Part shown: positions 1 through 12,400 of the stretch, one piece after another
Layout: each line of letters opens with the position of its first letter
Numbering within the stretch: position 1 is the stretch's first letter
Source: Nemertoderma westbladi
Lineage: Eukaryota > Animalia > Xenacoelomorpha
Assembly: GCA_032718475.1 (NCBI GenBank)
Contig: JAUCBJ010005757.1
Location: forward strand, 1-39,652
DNA length: 39,652 bases
Direction: 5' to 3'
Notes under the pieces: model-generated
The model's database searches: none
The model's input: only the letters and a program-made list of their open reading frames with translations
Told to the model about the DNA's origin: nothing
Position numbers and translations under genes: made by a program

Positions 1-792
1 ACCATTTATTCTATTTAATAAATACACAAAATTCTAGAATAGAGTTATTTATTTTATTAGTTGGTGGGCAACTAACAATGGTATTCCTATACAATATCTC
101 TATGCATAAGCTATTAATACATAAGCAAATGTTCCAGAACATTGTGTATTTATTAAATAAAATAAATGGCCTTCCAGCGAACGATAATTCTTGCAATCTT
201 TGAACGCGAACATCTCTGCTGTTTCTCAACGAAATTCAAACATATTTCGCAAAAGACACTTTTTTAAAACGCTTATAAAAAAATTACAGGCAAAATCAAA
301 AATTCTGGCTTCATGGGTTGAAACTAGTAGTGTTTCAAATTTCAAGCAATATGATAAAAGTAGAAAAAGTTGGGGGGGGGGGGGGGGGGGGTCAGGTCGT
401 GTCATCAGAAAATGACACTAGATTACGGGTCATGGTGTACATTAATATATTTGTCATGTGTAGACGGGATCCAGGTTGGCTTGGGATCCCGACCGGGTTG
501 ACTTTGAAGCGTGCTGTACGCGTCGCGCGTTGGGGAATACTAACGGCCGAAGCCTCGGTATAATAAGAGTTCTCTGATGTTGGTTGTTAATAGTTATTAT
601 AATAGGTCAGAATATAAGATTCACCGGTAAAATGATTACAGCACAATCAGTATTAATTACGGCTGACGGTGAAAATCGTTCATCGTCCATCATGAATAAA
701 TGCCTCTGCTTGCCTCAACCATCTGAAATAGATTGTTAAAATCCATCTCCTGGCTAGCCTTATTGCATCATCCATTTTTTATTGGTGTTATG

Positions 793-895
793 GGTGTTAA
801 CCGAGTGGTTAAAGACGGCCAAGTACTATAGGGTTGAGAGAAAGTCAGACTTCCAACTCAGAGGTCACCAGTTCGATCCCACCTGGACGTCATTG
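793..895 (+). mobile_element. tRNA-derived SINE head (degenerate)
   Basis: A-box-like TAACCGAGTGGTTAA at about 798-812 and B-box-like GTTCGATCCC at 871-880, with CTTCCAA between them. The spacing is too long for a normal tRNA cloverleaf. Confidence 0.5.
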
Positions 896-958
896 CCGAC
901 TTTGAAAAAGCTGTGCCCATCAAAAAGTTATAATCATCCATTTACTTGATATGATTTA

Positions 959-2044
959 CTAGAAAAGCATTTCCTTAAGGAAATGCAACCACGAAGCTAA
1001 GGAAAATTAAACAAACGGCAACACTTTGGTTCGTTGCTAGTTTAGTAGAATTTACCAATAATTACACTTCTATTCCCATGGAAACTAGAGTTCTCTGGAA
1101 CTGTAGGTTTAACCTTTGAAATAAGATTCAGTCCAGATTGTGGTTCAGATAACACATATACCGAGTTTCAGAAAATATTGTAGGTTATGTCCAAATTATC
1201 GATTTTCTATCAAAACGTATCTGTTTGCAGTGGTTGTCCACTGGTAACCTCGATCGGCTTGGATATGGACCTTATAGGTGAGTTTCAAAACCCCAAGTTT
1301 GTTATATTACAGTTTTTCTACAAATAGAGTTATGAATATAGACTGGAATGATATAGACTTTAATAAACTACAGTTACCATGGTAACTAGATATTTCTGGA
1401 ATGATTTGAGTTTCACTAAAGTTCCAACTAGTGGTCCAGATAACACATACCCAGTTTCGTAAAATTTTATCGCTAGGTCTATGTCCAAATAAGTAATTTT
1501 TGTATAACAACATATGTTTTCAGCGGTTGTCATGGTAACTGCAAAATAGAACAATCAAATTCGGACGCAGAATAAGTTATATAGGGTGGGTAGGAATTGT
1601 TCCCAAGTCATAACACCTTAACCTTAGGCTTCAAATTAACATTTTATAAATTAATTTTAGCATCTGTTTAGCCCGGTTGCCAAGGTAACTGGATCGGCTC
1701 TGCTATCGTCCTTATAGTTGAGTTGAGAAACCCCAAGTTTATATGTATTGTAGTTTTCCTACAAATAGAGTTATAAATATTGATTTGAAATACATAGACT
1801 TTTTTCTAAGTCCGCTGCCATGGAAACCAGATTTTTCCTGGATATGAGACTTGATGAGAAGTATATGCATGCAAAATTTCAGGGTACTCTAGTTTTTTAA
1901 CCTATCAAAAAACCCCAAATCTGCTCCGTACAAGCAAGTAAAAGGGCCCACTATGAATACACCATCCCAGCTAACGAAAATCTTTCTTATCGAAAGTAGT
2001 TGATTTTCCTTAGCTTCGTAGATTGGCTACAATCCTTAGCCGAT
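959..2044. mobile_element. Non-autonomous Helitron/Helentron-like element, or two ends facing each other
   Basis: CTAG at 959-962 lies next to a perfect 20-bp palindrome GCATTTCCTTAAGGAAATGC (967-986). A 17-bp inverted repeat ACGAAGCTAAGGAAAAT (991-1007) pairs with ATTTTCCTTAGCTTCGT (2003-2019), which is followed by another hairpin (about 2022-2044). Internal diverged repeats of about 300 bp contain CCATGG(A/T)AAC motifs. Confidence 0.5.
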
Positions 2045-2677
2045 TGGTAAATCGGTAAATGGTAAATGGGAGAATCTTTTAGGCTAGTTAAGCCAAGGAA
2101 TGCCTGTTCTCCACCATGGGTGATCTTCCACAGTAAATCCTTCCACTCTGTTTCCTAAAGGAATGCCTGTTCTCAACCATGGGTGATCATCTTTCACAGT
2201 AAACCCTTCCACTCTGTTTCCTAAAGGAATGCCTGTTCTCCACCATGGGTGATCTTCCACAGTAAACCCTTCCACTCTGTTTCATAAAGGAATGCCTGTT
2301 CACCACCATGGGTGATCTTCCAAAGTAAAGCCTTCCACTCTTTTTCCTAAAGAAATGCATGTTCACCACCCACCATGGGTGATCTTCCACAGTAAACCCT
2401 TCCACTCTGTCTCCTAAAGGAATGCCTGTTCACCACCATGGGTAATCTTAAAGAAATGCCTGTTCACCACCATGGGTGATCTTCCACAGTAAACCCTTCC
2501 ACTCTGCTTCCCAAGTTGCCTTGGTTCCCATTTATCGACAACTGAAGGATAAACCCGGGGTTGGGCTAGGCTGCAGCATTTAAAGCACTGTGCCCAAACA
2601 TTGATGCCCCACCTAGGGATCGAAACATGGCTCCCTAATTGGAAGCCCAGGAATGTCACCACTAGACCAAGCTGCTG
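2045..2677 (-). mobile_element. tRNA-derived SINE with an internally amplified 3' body
   Basis: On the minus strand: A-box TGGTCTAGTGG, B-box GTTTCGATCCC, central ATCCTTCAGTTGTCGATAAATGGGAACC, then ~62-bp tandem units and a (TTTACC[A/G])n-type tail at about 2045-2070. Confidence 0.65.
2095..2510. repeat. ~62-bp tandem repeat, about 6-7 units
   Basis: Unit AAGGAATGCCTGTTCTCCACCATGGGTGATCTTCCACAGTAAACCCTTCCACTCTGTTTCCTA repeats directly. Confidence 0.9.
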
Positions 2678-3177
2678 CTTGGTCTAATTGGTTGGAAATG
2701 TACACCGGAATGGATCCGCTAAGATTATGCAAGAAGTAAAAATGTTTTTACTTCTTGCTTTACTAATAAGTTTATAAAAAACATTTAAATCTGTCAGAAA
2801 CACCTTGGAACATATAGTAAGTCGAGTATACTATAATAATGTTTCTTAACAAAGTCCAATGTCTTGTTACAATTTACTGATAACATTAAATTTGGGAAAG
2901 GTTGAGCAATTTTTTTTGTAAGTTTGATGGATAAAATTAAATAGAAAATAAATCATTATATAATAGTAACATAGTTAGTTGTTGATAGCGTTTTAGATTT
3001 TTTAGTAACTAAATCACCTCGTGCAGATGCAAAAACACGTTGCATTGTGGCATTTGAACGCCCAAAACAGCTACTTTGTAAAGGTGTCTAAAATTCTCCT
3101 TATCGTTGTAACATTGGCGTTTTATTAAAGAAATTGATTTTAATTTAAAGCAATAAGATAACGATTCATCTAAAAAT

Positions 3178-5388
3178 ATGGGGGCGGGTGTGGGTACTGT
3201 GGGTGCGGGTGTGGGTACTGTGGGGGCGGGTGTGGGTACTGTGGGGGCGGGTGTGGGTACAGTGGGGGCGGGTGTGGGTACTGTGGGGGCGGGTGTGAGT
3301 ACTATGGGGGCGGGTGTGAGTACTATGGGGGCGGGTGTGGGTACTGTGGGGGCAGGTGTGGGTACTGTGGGGGCGGGTGTGGGTACTGTGGGGGCGGGTG
3401 TGGGTACTGTTGGGGCGGGTGTGAGTACTATGGGGGCGGGTGTGAGTACTGTGGGGGCGGGTGTGGGTACTGTGGGGGCGGGTGTGGGTACTGTGGGGGC
3501 GGGTGTGGGTACTGTGGGGGCGGGTGTGGGTACTGTGGGGGCGGGTGTGAGTACTATGGGGGCGGGTGTGATGACTATGGGGGCGGGTATGGGTACTGTG
3601 GGGGCGGGTGTGGGTACTGTGGGGCGGGTGTGGGTACTGTGGGGGCGGGTGTGGGTACTGTGGGGGCGGGTGTGAGTACTATGGGGGCGGGTGTGAGTAA
3701 TATGGGGGCGGGTGTGGGTACTGTGGGGGCGGGTGTGGGTACTGTGGGGGCGGGTGTGGGTACTGTGGGGGCGGGTGTGGGTACTGTGGGGGCGGGTGTG
3801 GGTACTGTGGGGGCGGGTGTGGGTACTGTGGGGGCGGGTGTGGGTACTGTGGGGGCGGGTGTGGGTACTGTGGGGGCGGGTGTGATGTACTGTGGGGGCG
3901 GGTGTGGGTACTGTGGGGGCGGGTGTGGGTACTGTGGGGGCGGGTGTGGGTACTGTGGGGGCGGGTGTGGGTACTGTGGGGGCGGGTGTGAGTACTATGG
4001 GGGCGGGTGTGAGTACTATGGGGGCGGGTGTGGGTACTGTGGGGGCGGGTGTGGGTACTGTGGGGGCGGGTGTGGGTACTGTGGGGGCGGGTGTGGGTAC
4101 TGTGGGGGCGGGTGTGGGTACTGTGGGGGCGGGTGTGGGTACTGTGGGGGCGGGTGTGGGTACTGTGGGGGCGGGTGTGGGTACTGTGGGGGCGGGTGTG
4201 GGTACTGTGGGGGCGGGTGTGGGTACTGTGGGGGCGGGTGTGGGTACTGTGGGGGCGGGTGTGGGTACTGTGGGGGCGGGTGTGGGTACTGTGGGGGCGG
4301 GTGTGGGTACTGTGGGGGCGGGTGTGGGTACTGTGGGGGTGGGTGTGGGTACTATGGGGGCGGGTGTGGGTACTGTGGGGGCGGGTGTGGGTACTGTGGG
4401 TGCGGGTGTGGGTACTGTGGGTGCGGGTGTGGGTACTGTGGGGGCGGGTGTGGGTACTGTGGGGGCGGGTGTGGGTACTGTGGGGGCGGGTGTGGGTACT
4501 GTGGTGGCGGGTGTGAGTACTATGGGGGCGGGTGTGAGTACTGTGGGTGCGGGTGTGGGTACTGTGGGGGCGGGTGTGGGTACTGTGGGGGCGGGTGTGG
4601 GTACTGTGGGGGCGGGTGTGGGTACTGTGGGGGCGGGTGTGGGTACTGTGGGGGCGGGTGTGGGTACTGTGGGGGCGGGTGTGGGTACTGTGGGGGCGGG
4701 TGTGGGTACTGTGGGGGCGGGTGTGGGTACTGTGGGGGCGGGTGTGGGTACTGTGGGGGCGGGTGTGGGTACTGTGGGGGCGGGTGTGAGTACTATGGGG
4801 CGGGTGTGGGAACTGCGGGGGCGGGTGTGGGTACTATGGGGGCGGGTGTGGGTACTATGGGGGCGGGTGTGGGTACTGTGGGGGCGGGTGTGGGTACTGT
4901 GGGGGCGGGTGTGGGTACTGTGGGTGCGGGTGTGGGTACTGTGGGGCGGGTGTGGGTACTGTGGGGGCGGGTGTGGGTACTGTGGGGGCGGGTGTGGGTA
5001 CTGTGGGGGCGGGTGTGGGTACTGTGGGGGCGGGTGTGGGTACTGTGGGGGCGGGTGTGGGTACTGTGGGGGCGGGTGTGGGTACTGTGGGGGCGGGTGT
5101 GGGTACTGTGGGGGCGGGTGTGGGTACTGTGGGGGCGGGTGTGGGTACTGTGGGGGCGGGTGTGGGTACTGTGGGAGCGGATGTGGGTACTGTGGGGGCG
5201 GGTGTGAGCACTATGGGGGCGGGTGTGGGTACTGTGGGGGCGGGTGTGGGTACTATGGGGGCGGGTGTGGGTACTGTGGGGGCGGGTGTGGGTACTGTGG
5301 GGGCGGGTGTGGGTACTGTGGGGGCGGGTGTGGGTACTGTGGGTGCGGGTGTGGGTACTATGGGGGCGGGTGTGGGTACTGTGGGTGC
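3178..5388. repeat. 21-bp G-rich minisatellite, about 105 copies, in kinesin intron 3
   Basis: Unit GGGGGCGGGTGTGGGTACTGT with few variants. The long ORFs here are repeat artefacts. Confidence 0.97.
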
Positions 5389-5468
5389 TAAACATAATAT
5401 TATTACGGTTAAATGGTGAAATAAATTAAGATACCTAATGTATACAGCCGCGTTTTATTATTTATTAC

Positions 5469-5584
5469 CTTGGTATAATTCCAACTTGAGTTGGTGGATC
5501 AATAATCCCTTGCATTGTAAACGACTTGCCACATCCAGTTTGTCCATAAGCAAACACCGTAGAATTATAACCTTCTGGAACACT
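5469..5584 (-). CDS. KIF17: Kinesin-2 (KIF17/OSM-3-like) coding exon 3, containing the P-loop
   Basis: ccttag acceptor and AG|GTAATA donor. Length 116 nt. Translates [38 protein letters not shown](R), with Walker A GQTGxGKS and the kinesin GIIPR motif. I found no exon 4 in the window, so the gene continues past the left edge. The subfamily call comes from motif recall only. Confidence 0.92.
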
Positions 5585-5732
5585 CTAAGGAAGTTTAAAA
5601 AAATAAAATAAGAATAAAAATAATATTAAATATAATAAAATATACTAATTTAAAATAATATAATAATAATAAAATAATAAATAACTTAAATGTAATGAAA
5701 AAATAAATAAATATATAATATAATAAATATAC

Positions 5733-5912
5733 TCTTACTTTTTTACAAGGGGGTCTTACTTTTGTACCAGGAGGATCTTACTTTTGTACCAGTAGGTTCT
5801 TACTTTTGTACCAGTAGGTTCTTACTTTTGTACCAGGGGGACACACTTTTGTACTAGAGGGGTCTTAGTTTTGTACCTGGGGCCTTACTTTTATACCAGG
5901 GGGGTCATACTT
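5733..5912. repeat. ~22-bp short tandem repeat, CTTACTTTTGTACCAG core
   Basis: About 8 degenerate copies of (T)CTTACTTTTGTACCAG(G/T)NGG. Confidence 0.8.
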
Positions 5913-6079
5913 TTATCAGGTTACATTCACTTTTATATTTTTCATGAAAATTGTAAAGATATTAAATATCGAAGCACAATAAGTGTTTACAATATAGATT
6001 ACGGTACAGCGTTTATGTTATATGGGATCGAAGTTATTCTCTATAGAGTTTCTTTGCGGTCTCGTCTGAACTCGTTGAG

Positions 6080-6482
6080 ATCTATGATGGTGGAACAACA
6101 CCCGCAATCCTCCAACAAGGAGAGATAGGCTGACGCAGTGGCTACAACACGGGTGATGAACCGCCACCGACAGGCAAGGCAAAACGCGAGGCCCACGTAC
6201 GCACAGTGGGGGTCCACTGCTGCCACCCCCGCGAGACGATCAACTTCCGCACCGAACTTCTGGGCCTTGTCCTCTGAGAATGCGGTGCGATACTCCTCAA
6301 TGCGAACAACCATGCCGCGCAGCTCGTGGCCTGTGGTGTTGATGGCAACACCAGAGTTGGCGAAAAGAATCTCAGCCTCTTCCAATATTGCCTCTTTCAC
6401 TGCCAGGTGACATTTGTATGGTAAGTAGCCGAAGTGTGGACCACTTGTTGTGGCGACCTCTAGGAAGCGTCGGAGGTCAGTA
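6080..6482 (-). pseudogene. Non-LTR retrotransposon RT C-terminal fragment (CRE-like)
   Basis: Translates ...GPHFGYLPYKCHLAVKEAILEEAEILFANSGVAINTTGHELRG...AEVDRLAGVAAVDPHCAY. This resembles the GPxxGYxP..K..LxVK and LAxxAxxxPHxAY motifs that follow the YADD in CRE-clade elements. It is a GC-rich island truncated by the satellite. Confidence 0.6.
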
Positions 6483-6489
6483 AGTTTTC

Positions 6490-9400
6490 ACTGGTCAATA
6501 AAAACTTACAGATACACTGGTCAATAAAAACGTACAGAAACACTGGTCAATAAAAACTTACAGATATACCTTGTCAATGAAAACTTACAGATACACTGGT
6601 GTATAAAGATTTATCAATACATGGTGTTTTAAAACTTACAGATACACTGGTCTATAAAAACTTACCGATACACTGGTGTATAAAAAATTACAGATCCACT
6701 GGTCTATAGAAACTTACCGATACACTGGTCTATAAAAAATTACAGATACACTGGTGTATAAAAACTTACATGTACACTGGGTCTATAAAAACTTACAGAT
6801 ACACTGGTGTATAAAAACTTACAGATACACTGGTGTATAATAATTTACAGATACACTCACTGGCGTATAAAATCTCACCGATACACTGGTGGATAATAAA
6901 AACTTACAGATACACTCGCTGGTGTATAAAAACATACAGATACACTGGTGTATAATAACTTACTGATACACTGGTCTATAAAAACTTACCGTTACACTGG
7001 TGTATATAAACTTACAGATGCACTGGTGTTTAAAACTTACAGATACACTGGTGTATAAAAACTTACCGATACACTGGTGTATATAAACTTACAGATACAC
7101 TGGTTTATAATAACTTAAAGAAAAACTGGTGTATAATAACTTACAGATACACTGGTGTATAAAAACTTACAGATACACTGGTGTATATTAACTTACAGAT
7201 ACACTCACTGGTGTATAAAAACTTACAGATACACTGGTCTATAAAAACTTACCGTTACACTGGTGTATATAAACTTACAGATACACTGGTGTTTAAAACT
7301 TACAGATACACTGGTGTATAAAAACTTACCGATACACTGGTGTATATAAACTTACAGATACACTGGTTTATAATAACTTAAAGAAAAACTGGTGTATAAT
7401 AACTTACAGATATACTGGTGTATAAAAACTTACAGATACACTGGTGTATATTAACTTACAGATACACTCACTGGTGTATAAAGACTTACCGATACACTGG
7501 TGTATATAACCGTACAGATACACTGGTCTATAAAAACTTACCGTTACACTGGTGTATATAAACTTACAGATACATTGGTGTATAAAAACTTACAGATACA
7601 CTGCTGCATAATAACTTACAGATACACTCACTGGTGTTTAAAACTTACAGATACACTCGTGTATAATAACTTACAGATACACTCACTGGTGTATAAAAAC
7701 TTACCGATACACTGGTGTATAATAACTTACAGATACACTCACTGGTGTATAAAACTTACCGATACACTGGTGTTTAAAACTTACAGATACACTGGTGTAT
7801 AATAACTTACAGATACACTCACTGGTGTATAAAAACTTACCGATACACTGGTGTATATAACCTTACAGATACACTGGTGTTTAAAACTTACAGATACACT
7901 GGTGTATAATAACTTACAGATACACTAACTGGTGTATAAAAACTTACAGATACACTGGTGTATAATAACTTACAGATACACTCAATGGTGTTTAAAACTT
8001 ACAGATACACTGGTGTATATAACCTTACAGATACACTGGTGTTTAAAACTTACAGATACACTGGTGTATGATAACTTACAGATACACTCACTGGTGTATA
8101 AAAACTTACCGATACACTGGTGTATATAAACTTACAGATACACTGGTCTATAAAAACTTACCGTTACACTGGTGTATATAAACTTACAGATACATTGGTG
8201 TATAAAAACTTACAGATACACTGGTGTAGTATAATAACTTACAGATACACTGGTGTATAATAACTTATAGATACACTCACTGGTGTTTAAAACTTACAGA
8301 TACACTGGTGTATAATAACTTACAAATAAACTCACTGGTGTATAAAAACTTACAGATACACTGGTGTATAATAACTTACAGATACACTCAATGGTGTTTA
8401 AAACTTACACCTACACTGGTGTATAATAACTTACAGATACACTCACTGGTGTATAAAAACATACAGATACACTGGTGTATAGTAACTTACAGATACACTC
8501 AATGGTGTTTAAAACTTACAGATACACTGGTGTATAATAACTTACAGATACACTCACTGGTGTATAAAAACTTACCGATACACTGGTGTATATAAACTTA
8601 CAGATACACTGGTCTATAAAAACTTACCGTTACACTGGTGTATATAAACTTACAGATACATTGGTGTATAAAAACTTACAGATACACTGGTGTAGTATAA
8701 TAACTTACAGATACACTGGTGTATAATAACTTACAGATACACTCACTGGTGTATAAAAACATACAGATACACTGGTGTATAATAACTTACAAATACACTC
8801 ACTGGTGTATAAAAACTTACAGATACACTGGTGTATATTAACTTACAGATACACTCAATGGTGTTTAAAACTTACAGATACACTGGTCTATAAAAACTTA
8901 CCGTTACACTGGTGTATATAAACTTACAGATACATTGGTGTATAAAAACTTACAGATACACTAGTGTATAATAACTTACAGATACATTCACTGGTGTTTA
9001 AAACTTACAGATACACTGGTGTATAATAACTTACAGAACCACTCAATGGTGTATAAAAACTTACAGATACACTGGTGTATAATAACTTACAGATACACTC
9101 GCTGGTGTATAAAAACATACAGATACACTGGTGTATAATAACTTACAGATACACTCACTGGTGTATAAAAACATACATATACACTGGAGTATAAAAACTT
9201 ACAGATACACTGGTGTATATTAACTTACAGATAAACTCAATGGTGTTTAAAACTTACAGATACACTGGTCTATAAAAACTTACCGTTACACTGGTGTATA
9301 TAAACTTACAGATACATTGGTGTATAAAAACTTACAGATACACTGGTGTATAATAACTTACAGATACACTCACTGGTGTTTAAAACTTACAGATACACTG

Positions 9401-12400
9401 GTGTATAATAACTTACAGAACCACTCAATGGTGTATAAAAACTTACAGATACACTGGTGTATAATAACTTACAGATACACTCACTGGTGTATAAAAACAT
9501 ACAGATACACTGGTGTATAATAACTTACAGATACACTCACTGGTGTATAAAAACATACACATACACTGGTGTATAATAACTTACAAATACACTCCCTGGT
9601 GTATAAAAACTTACAGATACACTGGTGTATATTAACTTACAGATACACTCAATGGTGTTTAAAACTTACAGATACACTGGTCTATAAAAACTTACCGTTA
9701 CACTGGTGTATAATAACTCACCGATACACTGGTGTATAAAAACTTACAGATACACTCAATGGTGTATAAAAACTTACAGATACACTGGTGTATAATAACT
9801 TAGAGATACACTCACTGGTGTATAAAAACATACAGATACACTGGTGTATAATAACTTACAGATACACTCACTGGTGTATAATAACTCACCGATACACTGG
9901 TGTATAAAAACTTACAGATACACTGGTGTATATTAACTTACAGATACACTCAATGGTGTTTAAAACTTACAGATACACTGGTCTATAAAAACTTACCGTT
10001 ACACTGGTGTATAATAACTCACCGATACACTGGTGTATAAAAACTTACAGATACACTCACTGGTGTATAAAAACTTACAGATACACTGGTGTATAATAAC
10101 TTACAGATACACTCACTGGTGTATAAAAACATACAGATACACTGGTGTATAATAACTTACAGATACACTCACTGGTGTATAATAACTCACCGATACACTG
10201 GTGTATAAAAACTTACAGATACACTGGTGTATATTAACTTACAGATACACTCAATGGTGTTTAAAACTTACAGATACACTGGTCTATAAAAACTTACCGT
10301 TACACTGGTGTATAATAACTCACCGATACACTGGTGTATAAAAACTTACAGATACACTCACTGGTGTATAAAAACTTACAGATACACTGGTGTATAATAA
10401 CTTACAGATACACTCAATGGTGTTTAAAACTTACAGATACACTGGTGTATAATAACTTACAGATACACTCACTGGTGTATAAAAACATACAGATACACTG
10501 GTGTATAATAACTTACAGATACACTCAATGGTGTTTAAAACTTACAGATACACTGGTGTATAATAACTTACAGATACACTCACTGGTGTATAAAAGCATA
10601 CAGATACACTGGTGTATAATAACTTACAGATACACTCACTGGTGTATAAAAACATACAGATACACTGGTGTATAATAACTTAGAGATACACTCACTGGTG
10701 TATAAAAACATACAGATACACTGGTGTATAATAACTTACAGATACACTCACTGGTGTATAAAAACATACAGATACACTGGTTTATAATAACTTACAAATA
10801 CACTCACTGGTGTATAAAAACTTACAGATACACTGGTGTATATTAACTTACAGATACACTCAATGGTGTTTAAAACTTACAGATACACTGGTCTATAAAA
10901 ACTCACCGTTGCACTGGTGTATATAAACTTACAGATACAATTTGTGTATAATAACTTACAGATACACTCACAGGTGTATAAAAACATACAGATACACTGG
11001 TGTATAATAACTTACAGATACACTCACTGGTGTATAAAAACATACAGATACACTGGTGTATAATAACTTACAGATACACTCAATGGTGTATAAAAACTTA
11101 CCGATACACTGGTGTATATTAACTTACAGATACACTCACTGGTGTATAAAAACATACAGATACACTGGTGTATAATAACTTACAGATACACTCACTGGTG
11201 TATAAAAACATACAGATACACTGGTGTATAATAACTTACAGATACACTCAATGGTGTATAAAAACTTATCGATACACTGGTGTATATTAACTTACAGATA
11301 CACTCACTGGTGTATAAAAACATACAGATACACTGGTGTATAATAACTTACAGATATACTGGGTCTATAAAAACTTACAGATACACTGGTGTATAAAAAC
11401 TTGCAGATACACTCACTGGTGTATAAAAACATACAGATACACTGGTGTATAATAACTTACAGATACACTCAATGGTGTATAAAAACTTACCGATACACTG
11501 GTGCATATTAACTTACAGATACACTCACTGGTGTATAAAAACATACAGATACACTGGTGTATAATAACTTACAGATATACTGGTCTATAAAACCTTACCA
11601 ATACACTGGTGTATAAAAACTTACAGATACACTGGTGTATAAAAACTTGCAGATATACTGGGTCTATAAATACTTACAGATACACTGGTGTTTAAAACTT
11701 ACAGATACACTGGTGTATAATAACTTACAGATACACTCACTGGTGTATAAAAACATACAGATACACTGGTGTATAATAACTTACAGATACACTCAATGGT
11801 GTTTAAAACTTACAGATACACTGGTGTATAATAACTTACAGATACACTCAATGATGTATAAAAACTACCGATACACTGGTGTATAATAACTTACAGATAC
11901 ACTCACTGGTGTATAAAAACATACAGATACAATGGTGTATAATAACTTACAGATACACTCAATGGTGTATAAAAACTTACCGATACCCTGGTGTATAATA
12001 ACTTACAAATACACTCACTGGTGTATAAAAACTTACAGATACACTGGTGTATAATAACTTACAGATATACTGGGTCTATAAATACTTACAGATACACTGG
12101 TGTATAATAACTTACAGATATACTGGTCTATAAAACCTTACCGGATACACTGGTGTATAAAACCTTACCGGATACACTGGTGTATAAAAACTTACAGATA
12201 CACTGGTGTACAAAAACTTGCAGATATACTGGGTCTATAAATACTTACTGATACACAGGTGTATAATAACTTACAGATACACTGGTCTATAAAACCTTAC
12301 CGATACACTGGTGTATAAAACTTACTGATACACTGGTGTATAAAAAACGATAAAAACTTACAGATACACTCACTGGTGTTTAAAACTTACAGATACACTT

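Noticed and set aside
452-640. Solo LTR (TGTCATG...ATTACA)
   Set aside because: The TG/CA ends are suggestive, but there is no TSD and no second copy in the window.
793-895. Functional tRNA gene (also at 2600-2677 and 36720-36787)
   Set aside because: A and B boxes are present, but I could not build a full cloverleaf, and SINE-like body sequence follows in two of the three cases.
3178-5429. Long Gly/Val- or Cys/Gly/Tyr-rich ORFs (silk- or keratin-associated-like)
   Set aside because: All frames are open only because the 21-bp unit has no stop codon. Single-base indels switch frames freely, and the region is intronic.
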